Source: a bacterium
Lineage (GTDB): Bacteria > UBA10199 > 2-02-FULL-44-16 > JAAZCA01
Assembly: GCA_963674695.2 (NCBI GenBank)
Contig: CAXXGI010000001.1
Coordinates: forward strand, 640,001 to 704,000
Length of the DNA: 64,000 bases
Direction: 5' to 3'
Shown here: piece after piece, positions 28,661 through 38,744 of the stretch
How the letters are laid out: every line of letters starts with the position of its first letter
How positions within the stretch are numbered: position 1 is the stretch's first letter
Made by a program: the position numbers and the translations under genes
Notes under the pieces: generated by a model
The model's input: only the letters and a program-made list of their open reading frames with translations
The model's database searches: none
What the model was told of the DNA's origin: nothing

Positions 28661-29635
28661 TCAATGAAAGACCGCACGTGAAAGCTGTGCGAAGTACGAC
28701 CGATCGCGCACGACGGACGGATCGTTTCGCGCCGCCGCTTCGCGCTGTCGCCGCAGCCACCGTTGATGCGACGCCGAAATGCGCCCCGCCATCGTCTGAA
28801 AACAGCGCGTCACAAAGCTGCGCGGATGCAAGAGCACCACCGGCTGCTGACATGCAACCGAGCGCTGAATATACCAATTCATCGGCAACCAGCTAAAGAG
28901 CGAGACCGCAATACCCTGCAGGTGTTTGGCCACGGCAGCTTCGATCTTGTCGAAGGCCGCATAGGCATCCTTCTCATCCCGCGCGCGATTGATGATGACG
29001 CGCACTTCTTTCACCACGCCGTGCTGGGCCAGCGTCTTGATCGTGGCATAGGCGTCCAGGAGAGCCGTGGCATCGGGAGTGGTGACGAGCAGGAGCTTGT
29101 GCGACGCATTCATGAAGCGCATGACCTGCGGGCTGATGCCGGCGGCCAGATCGACGAGCAGGATCGAACCCTCCTCCTCGAATCCCTGCATCTCGGAGGC
29201 GAGATAGCGAAACTGCCCGTCATTTAAGTCGGAGAGCTCGGAGAAACCGGAGCCACCGGCGATGAGGCGCACGCCCGCCGGACAGTCGACGACGATGTCG
29301 CGCAGGCGCATCTCGCCGGAGAGCACGGAGCTGATGTCATGTTTTGGATGCACGCCCATGAGGATGTGGGCATTGGCCAACCCCAAGTCCGCATCGAGGA
29401 GAAAGACGTTTGTCCCCTCCTGTGCGAGCGCCACGGCGAGGTTGGAGGTGACCACACTCTTGCCCGTGCCGCCCTTTCCGCTGGCGACACAAATGACCTG
29501 ACAGGTTGCGGCGGGAAGCGCATCGGAGTCGGGCTGCGCGCTCACGGCGGTGGCATTTTTCTCGGTGCGCAGATCCTGCGCCTGAACGCGCGTCATCTCC
29601 GAAAGCGTCCGTCCCAGCGTCTTGCGATCGATCAT
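28661..29635 (-). CDS. MinD/FlhG (FleN)-family ATPase
   Basis: SGKGGTGKS, DADLGLAN, VDLAAGI and TTPD.TA..DAYA.IK motifs. Confidence 0.9.
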   Translation of the reverse strand: MIDRKTLGRTLSEMTRVQAQDLRTEKNATAVSAQPDSDALPAATCQVICVASGKGGTGKSVVTSNLAVALAQEGTNVFLLDADLGLANAHILMGVHPKHDISSVLSGEMRLRDIVVDCPAGVRLIAGGSGFSELSDLNDGQFRYLASEMQGFEEEGSILLVDLAAGISPQVMRFMNASHKLLLVTTPDATALLDAYATIKTLAQHGVVKEVRVIINRARDEKDAYAAFDKIEAAVAKHLQGIAVSLFSWLPMNWYIQRSVACQQPVVLLHPRSFVTRCFQTMAGRISASHQRWLRRQREAAARNDPSVVRDRSYFAQLSRAVFH

Positions 29636-29735
29636 TCCGCACCCCCGTCCGGATGGAGGATGAAGCGTTTCCCCCAATAATTTCAATGTCCTTAGCACGC
29701 GCGGACCTGAAAAACAAGATCTTATCCGTCGCTTA

Positions 29736-31043
29736 TCAGATCAGATGCATGTCCTCGGCCTGGCGCAGGAGATCGTCGCGGTACTTCGGATGCGCGATGC
29801 TGATGATGTCGAGGGCGCGCTCGCGCGTCGACTTTCCCTTTAGGTTGATCACGCCGTATTCGGTGGCGACAATGTGCGTGTCCATGCGCGGCGAGGTGAC
29901 GATGGTCCCCTCGGAAAAACGCGGCACCACGCGCGTGATCTCATCCCCCTTGGCGGTGGAATAGAAGACGTGGATCGACTTGCCCCCCTTGGACTTGAAC
30001 GCCCCACGAACATAATCGAGCTGGCCGCCGGTGCCGCTGTACTGCGCGCCCGCGAGGTACTCGGCGTTGCACTGACCGAGCAGATCGATTTCAAGGATTG
30101 CGTTGACCGCGATCATATTGTCGTTGCGCGCAATAATGTCGGGATCGACCGCGTAGGACGACGGATAGCTCTCCATCGACGGGTTGTCGTTGAGAAAGTC
30201 GTAGAGGCGCTTCGTCCCCTGCGCGACCGAGAAGACGTGTTTGCGCGGGTGGAGATTCTTGAGGCGCCCCGTGACGACTCCACGCTCGATGAGCTCGACC
30301 ATCCCCTCGACGAAGAGCTCGGAATGAATGCCTAAGTCCTTATGGTTCGTCAGATACCGCGCGATCGTATCGGGCAACGCGCCGATGCCGAGCTGAATGG
30401 TCGCGCCGTCGGGAATGAGCTCGGCCACGGACTTGCCGATCTCATCCGCACCCGCCTTGGGCGCAGGCGTGGGAACCTCCACGAGCGGCACGTGGTTCTC
30501 CACCACCGCGTCGACCTCGGAGATGTGCACGAGCGAATCGCCGAAGACGCGCGGCATGTTCTCGTTCACCTCGACGATGAGGCGCTTGCAATGACGCGCC
30601 GCGGTCGAGGTGAAGTCGTTCGAGGTGCCGAAGCTGAAGTAGCCCGCCCGGTCCATGGGCGAGACGGTCGTGACGGTGGTGTCGATCTCCATGAAGTCGC
30701 TGCAGAAACGCGGCACCTGATGAAAGTAGTTGGGGACGAAATAATTGAGCCCCACCTTCACGAGACTGCGATCCTGGGGACCGACAAACCAGGAATAGGC
30801 CTGGATGCAGTCGGACAGATCCGGCGAGAGAACCGTTTCGCGCGCGTGCTTCTGCGGCAGATAGGTATAGACCTTGAGCGATGTAAACCCGTCGGCGCGC
30901 GCGCGATCGGCGATGGCGGTGAGCAGCGCTGGCGGCTCGGCTACACCAAAGCCGTAGACCACGGTGCCCCCGTCGGCGATGCGTTCGACAGCCTTGGGCG
31001 GCGTCATGAGTTTTTTTGCATACGCCTCGGTATACATAGACAT
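29736..31043 (-). CDS. acetyl-CoA hydrolase / 4-hydroxybutyrate CoA-transferase family
   Basis: QLGIG.LP, GIHSE, GTGGQLDY and ATEYG motifs. Confidence 0.92.
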   Translation of the reverse strand: MSMYTEAYAKKLMTPPKAVERIADGGTVVYGFGVAEPPALLTAIADRARADGFTSLKVYTYLPQKHARETVLSPDLSDCIQAYSWFVGPQDRSLVKVGLNYFVPNYFHQVPRFCSDFMEIDTTVTTVSPMDRAGYFSFGTSNDFTSTAARHCKRLIVEVNENMPRVFGDSLVHISEVDAVVENHVPLVEVPTPAPKAGADEIGKSVAELIPDGATIQLGIGALPDTIARYLTNHKDLGIHSELFVEGMVELIERGVVTGRLKNLHPRKHVFSVAQGTKRLYDFLNDNPSMESYPSSYAVDPDIIARNDNMIAVNAILEIDLLGQCNAEYLAGAQYSGTGGQLDYVRGAFKSKGGKSIHVFYSTAKGDEITRVVPRFSEGTIVTSPRMDTHIVATEYGVINLKGKSTRERALDIISIAHPKYRDDLLRQAEDMHLI

Positions 31044-31061
31044 GGGTTTCTCCTCGAATGA

Positions 31062-31394
31062 TCAGTCGGAAAGGGCGGTCATCGCCTCTTCCTTCGAGTC
31101 GAAGCGCTCGAAGAGGGGCAGAAATCCCGCGGAGTCGAAGACATCATGGACGTAGGGCTTGAACCCACAGAGGACGAGCCTCCCGCCGCGACGCTTCATC
31201 TCCTTGGCGGTCGCGAGCAAGACGCGCAGACCCGAGCTCGAGATATAGTCGCACGCTGAAAAATCACAGAGGATCGTTCCTCCGTCCCCTTCCATCGCCT
31301 GTGCCAGTGCTGCCTCCGCCTCCTTCGATGTCACCATATCCAGTCGCGCAGGAATAATCGCCACCTGCATCTTGCCCTCGCTTTGAATCTCCAT
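31062..31394 (-). CDS. STAS anti-anti-sigma factor
   Basis: RLD, DYISSSGLRVL and VFDSAGF motifs; GGAGG RBS. Start may be 31394 or 31400. Confidence 0.92.
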   Translation of the reverse strand: MEIQSEGKMQVAIIPARLDMVTSKEAEAALAQAMEGDGGTILCDFSACDYISSSGLRVLLATAKEMKRRGGRLVLCGFKPYVHDVFDSAGFLPLFERFDSKEEAMTALSD

Positions 31395-31458
31395 GTTCAT
31401 CCTCCCTTTTGAATGATAGCCGTCTCCATACAATCTATGAATGGTTTGTTCTCGTCTG

Positions 31459-33825
31459 TCATCCCACCACTTTGCGCATGGTAAGCACGTTTTTCCCTCC
31501 GTCGCGCCGATACTCCAGCACATCCATCAGACGCCGGACGAAAAAGATGCCCAACCCTCCGATCTTGCGCTCCTCGAGGGACGCGTCCACATCCGGCTCG
31601 GGCGCCTCAAGGGGATTGAAGGCCATGGCGTCGTCGATCACGGTGATGGAAAGCTCATGATCGCGCAGGGCAAAGCGCACCCGGATTTGATGCGCGCCGG
31701 TGTCCTCGTATCCATACCGGATGACGTTCGAGACGATCTCCTCGAGCGACAGATTCACATCGTGGATCATCCGCTCCGAGAAGGCATGCGTCGCACCAAA
31801 AGCCTGCACCGCATCGGCCAGACGCTGCAGCTCTTCATCCTCATTGGAGAGAACGATCTCATCGCCCACCATCTCCGTCTGCGGTCCTCGTCCCTCGGCA
31901 CCGAAGGACCGCAACGCCAGCATCGCGATGTCGTCGAACTGTTTGGTGTTACGAGCGAAAAGATGAATCTTTTTCAACGTGCGCAATACCAGCTCCGGCA
32001 GCGAATAATGTCGGCACTGGGAGAGATCTTTTCGCAGCCGGTCCTCGGTGAAGAAGTTCCCCGCCTCGTCCATCGCCTCGGTCACGCCATCGGTGAAGAG
32101 ATAGAGCGTATCGTGGGGTGAGAGTTGCAGGGAATCGACGGCGAAGACCGCCGCCTCCTCCACGCCCAGCGCCATACTGCGCCCACCGCTGACAAACTCG
32201 GCCTCGCACCCCTTCCGAATGAGCAATGGAAAGAGGTGCCCCCCGTTGGTGTAGGTGAGCTCGCCCGTTTTCACATCGAGCACACCACAGAAAATGGTGA
32301 CGAAGAGACAGGAATCGTTGCCGTGACAGAGTTCGTGGTTCACGCGCCCCAAGAGCTCGGCGATGTCACTGCTCTCCCGCGCCAACGTCTTGATGAGCGT
32401 CTTGGTAATCGCCATGAAGAGCGCGGCCGGAATCCCCTTGCCCGAGACGTCGCCGATGAAGAAACAGAGGCACCGCTCGTCGAGGAAAAAGTAGTCGTAG
32501 AAGTCACCCCCGACATCGCGCGCAGGCTGCAGCACCGCATACACATCGATCTCCGGGCGATCCGGAAAGGGGGGGAACGCCTTGGGGATAAGGCTCATCT
32601 GGATGCGACGCGCGATGGCCAACTCGCTCTTGATGCGCTCGCGTGCGGCGGCGACCTTGGTCATCTCCTCGATGTAACGCTTGAGCTGGGAGCTCATGGT
32701 CACGAACGAGCGCGACAAGAGGCCCACCTCGTCGGTACGACTGACCGACTCCAGATCAAAATCGAGTTTTCCCTCAGCAACATCCTTGGTCTTCGCCGCC
32801 AGCAGACAGAGCGGTCGCGTGATCGAACGCGCAATCAGCACGATGACGATGAAGAGGAAGACGAGCCCCACAACTCCCATGATCATCACGTGGTGATTGA
32901 GCGCGGTGACATCCGCCATCACCTCGTCCTGTGGAAACAGGACCGCCAGCGACCAATCCGTTGAAGGCAGCGCCGCATAGACGATCCAGTTCTTCTCGCC
33001 TGTGTTCGGATCGACGAAGGAGGCATAGCCGCTCTTCCCATCGACCATCTGCTGCGCAATCCGATGCATCGCCTTGCCCCCGCGGATGTCGGCGACGGTA
33101 AAGATGCTCTTGCGCAATACGAAATCTTCGTCCGGATAGTTGAGCAGAATGCCGTTGTGAGAGACGAGCATGGCGTGCCCCGTACGCCCCACCCGAATGG
33201 CGGAGACCACCTTGGAGAGCTGCGTGAGCGATATATCCGCGGTAGCAACCCCCATGAGGACCCGATCGTCCCCCGTGCCGCGATAGAAGGGAGCGGCGTA
33301 GGTGGCCATGACCACATCGCCCCCGCCCTCGTCGAAATACGGCTCGGTCCAGACGGCCTTTCCCTTCTCCTTGGCCAGGAGATACCATCCCTTGTTCGGA
33401 TAGTCATAGACATCGGTGGAGAGCTGCAAACAACGCACCGATTCCTTCTGCCAATGACAGTAGGGCGCAAAGAGGCGCTGCTTCGATTCAAAGGCGAAGG
33501 GCTCGTAGGCAACAGCGGAACCATAGATGTCAGGATTGTTGCGCACGACCGTCCGCAGCAGCTGTTCGACCTGAGCTTCACCCTTCAGAAAGGGGAGCTC
33601 GAGCACGGAGCCCAAACCGCCGGGGACCTCTTCGACCGAGCGCAACGAGATTTCAAGTTTGTTGACGGTAGCGGCCACCAGGCGCTGGCCGATCTCCTCG
33701 ATGTTGCGCATCAGGATTTGACGCGAGAGGACATAGCTGTAGCCGAAGGCAACGGCGAAGATGACCGTGCAGCTCAGCAGAATGAAGAAGGTCAGTTTGA
33801 AGGCGATGCCGCGATTGCGAATCAT
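31459..33825 (-). CDS. Cache-HAMP-PP2C (SpoIIE/RsbU) phosphatase fused to an RsbW-like HATPase
   Basis: WTEPYFD (Cache), DEVG.L (HAMP), VGGDFYD/DVSGKG/TDG/DD (PP2C), EEIVSN..YGY and GGLGI (anti-sigma kinase). Confidence 0.92.
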   Translation of the reverse strand: MIRNRGIAFKLTFFILLSCTVIFAVAFGYSYVLSRQILMRNIEEIGQRLVAATVNKLEISLRSVEEVPGGLGSVLELPFLKGEAQVEQLLRTVVRNNPDIYGSAVAYEPFAFESKQRLFAPYCHWQKESVRCLQLSTDVYDYPNKGWYLLAKEKGKAVWTEPYFDEGGGDVVMATYAAPFYRGTGDDRVLMGVATADISLTQLSKVVSAIRVGRTGHAMLVSHNGILLNYPDEDFVLRKSIFTVADIRGGKAMHRIAQQMVDGKSGYASFVDPNTGEKNWIVYAALPSTDWSLAVLFPQDEVMADVTALNHHVMIMGVVGLVFLFIVIVLIARSITRPLCLLAAKTKDVAEGKLDFDLESVSRTDEVGLLSRSFVTMSSQLKRYIEEMTKVAAARERIKSELAIARRIQMSLIPKAFPPFPDRPEIDVYAVLQPARDVGGDFYDYFFLDERCLCFFIGDVSGKGIPAALFMAITKTLIKTLARESSDIAELLGRVNHELCHGNDSCLFVTIFCGVLDVKTGELTYTNGGHLFPLLIRKGCEAEFVSGGRSMALGVEEAAVFAVDSLQLSPHDTLYLFTDGVTEAMDEAGNFFTEDRLRKDLSQCRHYSLPELVLRTLKKIHLFARNTKQFDDIAMLALRSFGAEGRGPQTEMVGDEIVLSNEDEELQRLADAVQAFGATHAFSERMIHDVNLSLEEIVSNVIRYGYEDTGAHQIRVRFALRDHELSITVIDDAMAFNPLEAPEPDVDASLEERKIGGLGIFFVRRLMDVLEYRRDGGKNVLTMRKVVG

Positions 33826-33994
33826 GAATCCCTCTGAGATGCATCATTATAATGGGGATGGATGCGCGTGGCCACCATTGATTTCCCGGTCGAACCTCTT
33901 CAGGACCTCGGCACTGCCAAAAACCCCCTTTTAATTCCGTGCCGACGCCGCTATCATGCGCGCATCTCGAAACGAAAATCCACAGGGGGATGCC

Positions 33995-36505
33995 ATGACG
34001 GTCACGACACTCACGAGCGACGAGGTGAAGGCGAAGACGAACGAACAGGTGCTGACCGCGCTTGAAACCTCCGGGGGCGGGCTCACCAACGGCGAAGCGG
34101 CCACACGGCTTCAACAGTTCGGGCCGAACGCGCTGGCGGAAAAAAAGAAGAGCGCCACGCTGGCCTTCCTCGCCTACTTTTGGGGGCCGATCCCCTGGAT
34201 GATCGAGGTCGCCGCCATCCTCTCGGCCATCGTCCATCATTGGGACGACTTCACCATCGTCATGGTCCTGCTCGCCTTCAACGCGGTGATCGGCTTCTAC
34301 CAGGAACACAAAGCGGCCAACGCGCTCGAGGCGCTCAAGGATCAGTTAGCGCTCAGGGCTCGCGCCCTGCGCGACGGGGCCTGGTCGGATGTGGAAGCGG
34401 CCGATCTTGTCCCGGGCGACATCATCCGTATTCGCCTCGGCGATATCATCCCGGCGGATGTCAAACTCATCGAAGGCGAGTTCTTGAGCGTCGACCAATC
34501 GGCGCTCACCGGCGAATCGCTCCCGGTGAGTAAAAAGGTAGGGGACGAAGCATTCTCCGGCTCGGTGGCCAAACAGGGCGAGATGGTCGCGGTGGTCACC
34601 GCCACCGGGGCCAATACCTTCTTCGGGCGCACGGCAAAGCTCGTGGAAAGTGCCGGAGCAAGATCCCACTTTCAAAAAGCGGTATTGGCCATCGGCAACT
34701 ACCTCATCCTCTTGAGCGTCGGCCTGGTCACCATCCTCATCCTGGTGGGGCTACATCGCCATGAACACCCGCTCACCCTCGTACAATTCGCGCTCATCCT
34801 CACCGTCGCGGCCATTCCCGTCGCAATGCCTGCGGTGCTCTCGGTCACGATGGCCGTCGGAGCGCTGGCGCTCTCAAAGATGAAGGCCATCGTCGCACGA
34901 CTCGAATCGATCGAGGAGATGGCCGGCATCGACATCCTCTGTTCGGACAAGACCGGCACGCTCACGCAGAACAAGCTCACGATGGGCGATCCGATTCGCT
35001 TCGCCGCAGAGGAGGATCAGGAGGTCATCCTCGCCGGCGCGCTCGCCTCGAAGGAGGAAAACCAGGACGCCATCGATCTGGCCGTCATCGGCGCACTGAA
35101 AAGCAAGGACGCGCTCGCCGCATTCAAACAGACCGCGTTCGTCCCGTTCGATCCCGTCACCAAACGCACCGCGGCGACGATCGAAGCGGAGGGAAAATCG
35201 TTTCAGGTCACCAAGGGCGCACCGCAGGTGATCATGGGCCTGTGTTCGCTCACGGACGCAGATGCCGCGCGGGCAAAAGAAACCGTCGATGCCCTCGCCA
35301 AGAAGGGCTATCGCACGCTGGGGGTCGCACGCACCGATGCGCAGGGCGCATGGCAATTTTTGGGGATCCTGCCGCTCTTCGATCCGCCGCGCGAGGATTC
35401 GGCCCAGACCATCGTCCAGGCAGGTGAACACGGCATCGAGGTCAAGATGGTCACCGGCGACAACATCGCCATCGCGCGCGAAACCTCCGGGCAGCTGGGC
35501 CTGGGCACGCAGATCATCTCGGCGGAGGCGATCTTCGCGCAGGGCATGGACGCAGGGCACTTAAGCCCACGGCTTGAGGAACAGATCGAACACGCCGAAG
35601 GGTTTGCCGAGGTCTTTCCGGAGCACAAATACGGCATCGTGAAAGCCATGCAGGACCGCGGACACATCACCGCCATGACCGGCGACGGTGTGAACGATGC
35701 CCCCGCGCTCAAACAGGCCGATGTCGGCATCGCCGTCTCCGGCGCCACCGACGCCGCGCGCGCCGCCGCCGCGCTCATCCTCACCGCACCCGGCCTCTCG
35801 GTCATCGTGCAGGCCGTCGAGGAGGCGCGCCGCATCTTCGAACGCATGAACTCCTATGCCATCTATCGCATCACCGAGACGATCCGCATCATGTTCTTCG
35901 TCGTGCTGGCGATGATCGTCTACAAGTTCTATCCGATCACCGCGATCATGATCATCCTGCTGGCGCTCTTAAACGACGTGCCGATCATGACCATCGCCTC
36001 CGACAACACCTGGCTCGACCCCAACCCCGTGCGCTGGAAGATGGACCGCGTGCTCACAGTCTCGACGGTGCTCGGCTTTATCGGCGTCATCGAAACCTTC
36101 CTGCTGCTCATCATCGCCAAGGTCTATTTAAAACTCGACCCGGCGCAGATTCAATCGTTCATCTTCTTGAAGCTCGCGGTCGCGGGGCACCTGACGCTCT
36201 TCGTCGCGCGTACGAGGCGCCCGTTTTTCTGCCGCCCCTTCCCGTCGAGCGCCATGCTCTGGTCGGCGATCGGCACGAAGGCGCTGGCGACCGCGATCGT
36301 CGGCTTCGGGCTGCTGGTCACCCCCATCGAATGGAAATGGATCGGGCTGATCTGGGCCTACTGCTTCGTCTGGATCTTCGTCGAGGACGCGGCCAAGCTC
36401 GCCGTCTATCGCATGCTCGAACACCGCAGCGTGCACCACTCGCGTTTTCTCGGATTCGTTCGGCGTCGACTGCACGCACCGGAGACGACATCATCACCCG
36501 CCTGA
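33995..36505 (+). CDS. P-type H+-exporting ATPase (type IIIA)
   Basis: WGPIPWMIE, TGES, IPVAMP, CSDKTGTLT, KGAP, TGDGVNDAP and ALLND motifs. Confidence 0.92.
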   Translation: MTVTTLTSDEVKAKTNEQVLTALETSGGGLTNGEAATRLQQFGPNALAEKKKSATLAFLAYFWGPIPWMIEVAAILSAIVHHWDDFTIVMVLLAFNAVIGFYQEHKAANALEALKDQLALRARALRDGAWSDVEAADLVPGDIIRIRLGDIIPADVKLIEGEFLSVDQSALTGESLPVSKKVGDEAFSGSVAKQGEMVAVVTATGANTFFGRTAKLVESAGARSHFQKAVLAIGNYLILLSVGLVTILILVGLHRHEHPLTLVQFALILTVAAIPVAMPAVLSVTMAVGALALSKMKAIVARLESIEEMAGIDILCSDKTGTLTQNKLTMGDPIRFAAEEDQEVILAGALASKEENQDAIDLAVIGALKSKDALAAFKQTAFVPFDPVTKRTAATIEAEGKSFQVTKGAPQVIMGLCSLTDADAARAKETVDALAKKGYRTLGVARTDAQGAWQFLGILPLFDPPREDSAQTIVQAGEHGIEVKMVTGDNIAIARETSGQLGLGTQIISAEAIFAQGMDAGHLSPRLEEQIEHAEGFAEVFPEHKYGIVKAMQDRGHITAMTGDGVNDAPALKQADVGIAVSGATDAARAAAALILTAPGLSVIVQAVEEARRIFERMNSYAIYRITETIRIMFFVVLAMIVYKFYPITAIMIILLALLNDVPIMTIASDNTWLDPNPVRWKMDRVLTVSTVLGFIGVIETFLLLIIAKVYLKLDPAQIQSFIFLKLAVAGHLTLFVARTRRPFFCRPFPSSAMLWSAIGTKALATAIVGFGLLVTPIEWKWIGLIWAYCFVWIFVEDAAKLAVYRMLEHRSVHHSRFLGFVRRRLHAPETTSSPA

Positions 36506-36551
36506 GCCTCAAACACCGAGGCTTCGGGCCCTGCACCCAAAGGGGGAGATC

Positions 36552-37043
36552 ATGAAACATATCTGCACCGCCATCATCGTCCTGCTCATCGGCATGGGCA
36601 GCGCCATCGCCCAGCCAAAAACGCTGCCGCATTTTGTCCTGCCGGATCCGGGCGGCACACAGCACGCCGCTTCCACGCTCGTGGCGAAAAGCGGCATGGT
36701 GCTCGTTGTGACCGCCCCCACCTATCACGCCGGCGACGCCCAGAAGGGATGGGACAACGTGCTCGTCGCGACGATGCCCAAGGGGGGATCGCTCGTCTTC
36801 ATCGAGGACATGTCGGTGAGCGACTGGAAGTCGGTCGCGCGCGCGGACATGAAGAAAGACTGGAAGCCGGGCGTGCCGCCGCTGCTGCTGCTCGATGAAA
36901 AGGGGTATGTGCGCAGCGAGCTGGGCGTTGGCGCGGATGCGACGGTGGTGCTCGTCTATAACAAGAAGGGCGCACTCGTCTTCACCGACCGCGGCGGTCC
37001 GAGCATGGCATCGGCCAAGGCAATCTGGGGGAAGCTGAAGTAA
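36552..37043 (+). CDS. exported thioredoxin-fold-like hypothetical protein (no CxxC)
   Basis: Signal peptide; LPHFVLPDPGG...LLLDEKG...VYNKKG pattern resembling AhpC/TSA. Confidence 0.7.
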   Translation: MKHICTAIIVLLIGMGSAIAQPKTLPHFVLPDPGGTQHAASTLVAKSGMVLVVTAPTYHAGDAQKGWDNVLVATMPKGGSLVFIEDMSVSDWKSVARADMKKDWKPGVPPLLLLDEKGYVRSELGVGADATVVLVYNKKGALVFTDRGGPSMASAKAIWGKLK

Positions 37044-37091
37044 AGGCGGGGTTTGTCATGATCCACAAAGGGGCCGCGATATGCGGCCCCT

Positions 37092-37238
37092 CAGACTGCT
37101 GACAAAGTCATTCTGTGCTCTCATTATTGTAGAATTGGAGTTTGTCATTCCCGCGAACGCGGGAATCTCGCTTTTTACGACACATCGAGATCCCCGTTTC
37201 CACGGGGATGACAAAAACAGGGGTTTCTCAACAAACTG
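37092..37238. mobile_element. 147-bp MITE with IS1182-like ends and an internal REP palindrome
   Basis: Ends CAGACTGCTGACAAA and TTTCTCAACAAACTG; flanked by perfect 23-bp direct repeats AGGGGCCGCGATATGCGGCCCCT (37069-37091 and 37239-37261). Confidence 0.75.
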
Positions 37239-37290
37239 AGGGGCCGCGATATGCGGCCCCTGTTTTGCGTTTGAACGACACCCGAACCCC

Positions 37291-38634
37291 TCACCCCCGA
37301 AGGCTTCTGTTGTGCGCCAAGATCCGCGCGAAGAGACGCATCACGTCCTCGCGCTGAAAATCCTCGCCGAACGCATTGAAGAGCGATGAGCGCCGCGCCA
37401 CATGCGCGTGAACATATTCGAAGCGCTGCATCGCCTCGAAGATCGGCATCCCCGGAACATTATAGAAGGCCGACGGTGCGATGAAGATCCCCTGCGCCAT
37501 GAGCGCGTCCGCCGTGGCCTCCATCTCGGCATATCGCTGCCAGGGCAGACCCAGGATGATGTAGGTGGCCACGCGAAATCCCAGCCGAACGGCCGCCTTC
37601 CGCACGCGCTCATACTGCTCCAGCTCCTCCGGACGTGCGAGGGTCGCGCGCGATGGAACCGCGCCCGTGCCGATGGCGATATCGAGTTTGGCAAATCCCG
37701 CGCGGCGCATGAGGCGCAGGAGTTCCCCATCCAGATGCGCGACGTTGAGACCGTTGGAGGCCATCCACTCGATGCGGCTTGATCCGAAGCGCTTGAGCAG
37801 CGCTTCGCACAGGCGCTGGATGCGATCGCGATCGAAGAGCAGATTGTCGTCCTGGAAATCGATGGCGGTCACGCCGAAGCCATCGACGAGTTCCTCGATC
37901 TCGGCGAGCACGCCCGCAATCGAGCGGGCGCGATGGGCATGCCCAGAGAGCGCGTGCACCGAACAGAAACGGCAACAATGCGGACACCCGCGCGAGGTGA
38001 CGACCATCGCGTAGCGGCGCCGGCCGTAACGATAACGGCCCGCATCGACCAGGTCGCGCGCGGGCTGCGCGAGCGCGTCGAGATCGGTAATGCGCAGTGG
38101 CTTTCCATCCGGCGCTTCGACGATCTGCGGGAAACCGTCGCCAGCGATGATCTGCGGCAGGATCTCCTCCCCCTCGCCGCGCACGACGTGATCAACGACA
38201 CCTTCTGCCACGAGCGATTCGGGATCGGCCGTGGCGTGATGTCCGCCCATGATGATGCGCGCCGTAGGCTGCGCACGCCGCACGGCTCGCGCGGTCTCGA
38301 TCGCCTCCCCGGCATAGGGCGTGCACATCGCGCTCACACAGACGACGTCCGGCGCGATCGCGGCCACCTCGCGCTCGATGCGCGCGAAGGAAAACCCGAA
38401 GTGACGCCAGGGCCCGAGCAGCGGCTCAGCGCCATCGACCGGTGCAAGCAGCTGCGCGATCTCGGTCGGCGGCGCAACCGACATACCTCGCTGCGCACGC
38501 CGCGCATCGAGCAGAACGACCTCGGAACCCTCGCGCCGCACCGCTGCCGCGAGGCTCATCAGCCCCAGCGGATATTCGCGAAAGGCCGTGCGGTAGCAGT
38601 CGCGCATCGGCGGTTGAAGGAAGAGCACGCGCAT
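37291..38634 (-). CDS. B12-binding radical SAM protein
   Basis: PLGL..LAA, GGHHAT, GEGE, TSRGCPHCCRFC and DDN motifs. Confidence 0.9.
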   Translation of the reverse strand: MRVLFLQPPMRDCYRTAFREYPLGLMSLAAAVRREGSEVVLLDARRAQRGMSVAPPTEIAQLLAPVDGAEPLLGPWRHFGFSFARIEREVAAIAPDVVCVSAMCTPYAGEAIETARAVRRAQPTARIIMGGHHATADPESLVAEGVVDHVVRGEGEEILPQIIAGDGFPQIVEAPDGKPLRITDLDALAQPARDLVDAGRYRYGRRRYAMVVTSRGCPHCCRFCSVHALSGHAHRARSIAGVLAEIEELVDGFGVTAIDFQDDNLLFDRDRIQRLCEALLKRFGSSRIEWMASNGLNVAHLDGELLRLMRRAGFAKLDIAIGTGAVPSRATLARPEELEQYERVRKAAVRLGFRVATYIILGLPWQRYAEMEATADALMAQGIFIAPSAFYNVPGMPIFEAMQRFEYVHAHVARRSSLFNAFGEDFQREDVMRLFARILAHNRSLRG

Positions 38635-38744
38635 GCCCGCGACGTTGGCACACGCGCGCGCCGCTGGCAATCGCCCCAATCTGCCCGCTTGATTCTGCAT
38701 TCAAGGACGCGTAGATTCGATCCCATTCCCCGAGGAGGCCGAAC

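Noticed and set aside
28661-29635. Calling the MinD-like gene flhG of a flagellar cluster
   Set aside because: No flhF, flhA or fliA lies next to it, so I assigned only the family.
37069-37261. Two identical 23-bp palindromic repeats as a mini-CRISPR
   Set aside because: There are only two repeats, the 147-bp interval has TIRs, and no cas genes are present; it fits a target-site duplication.
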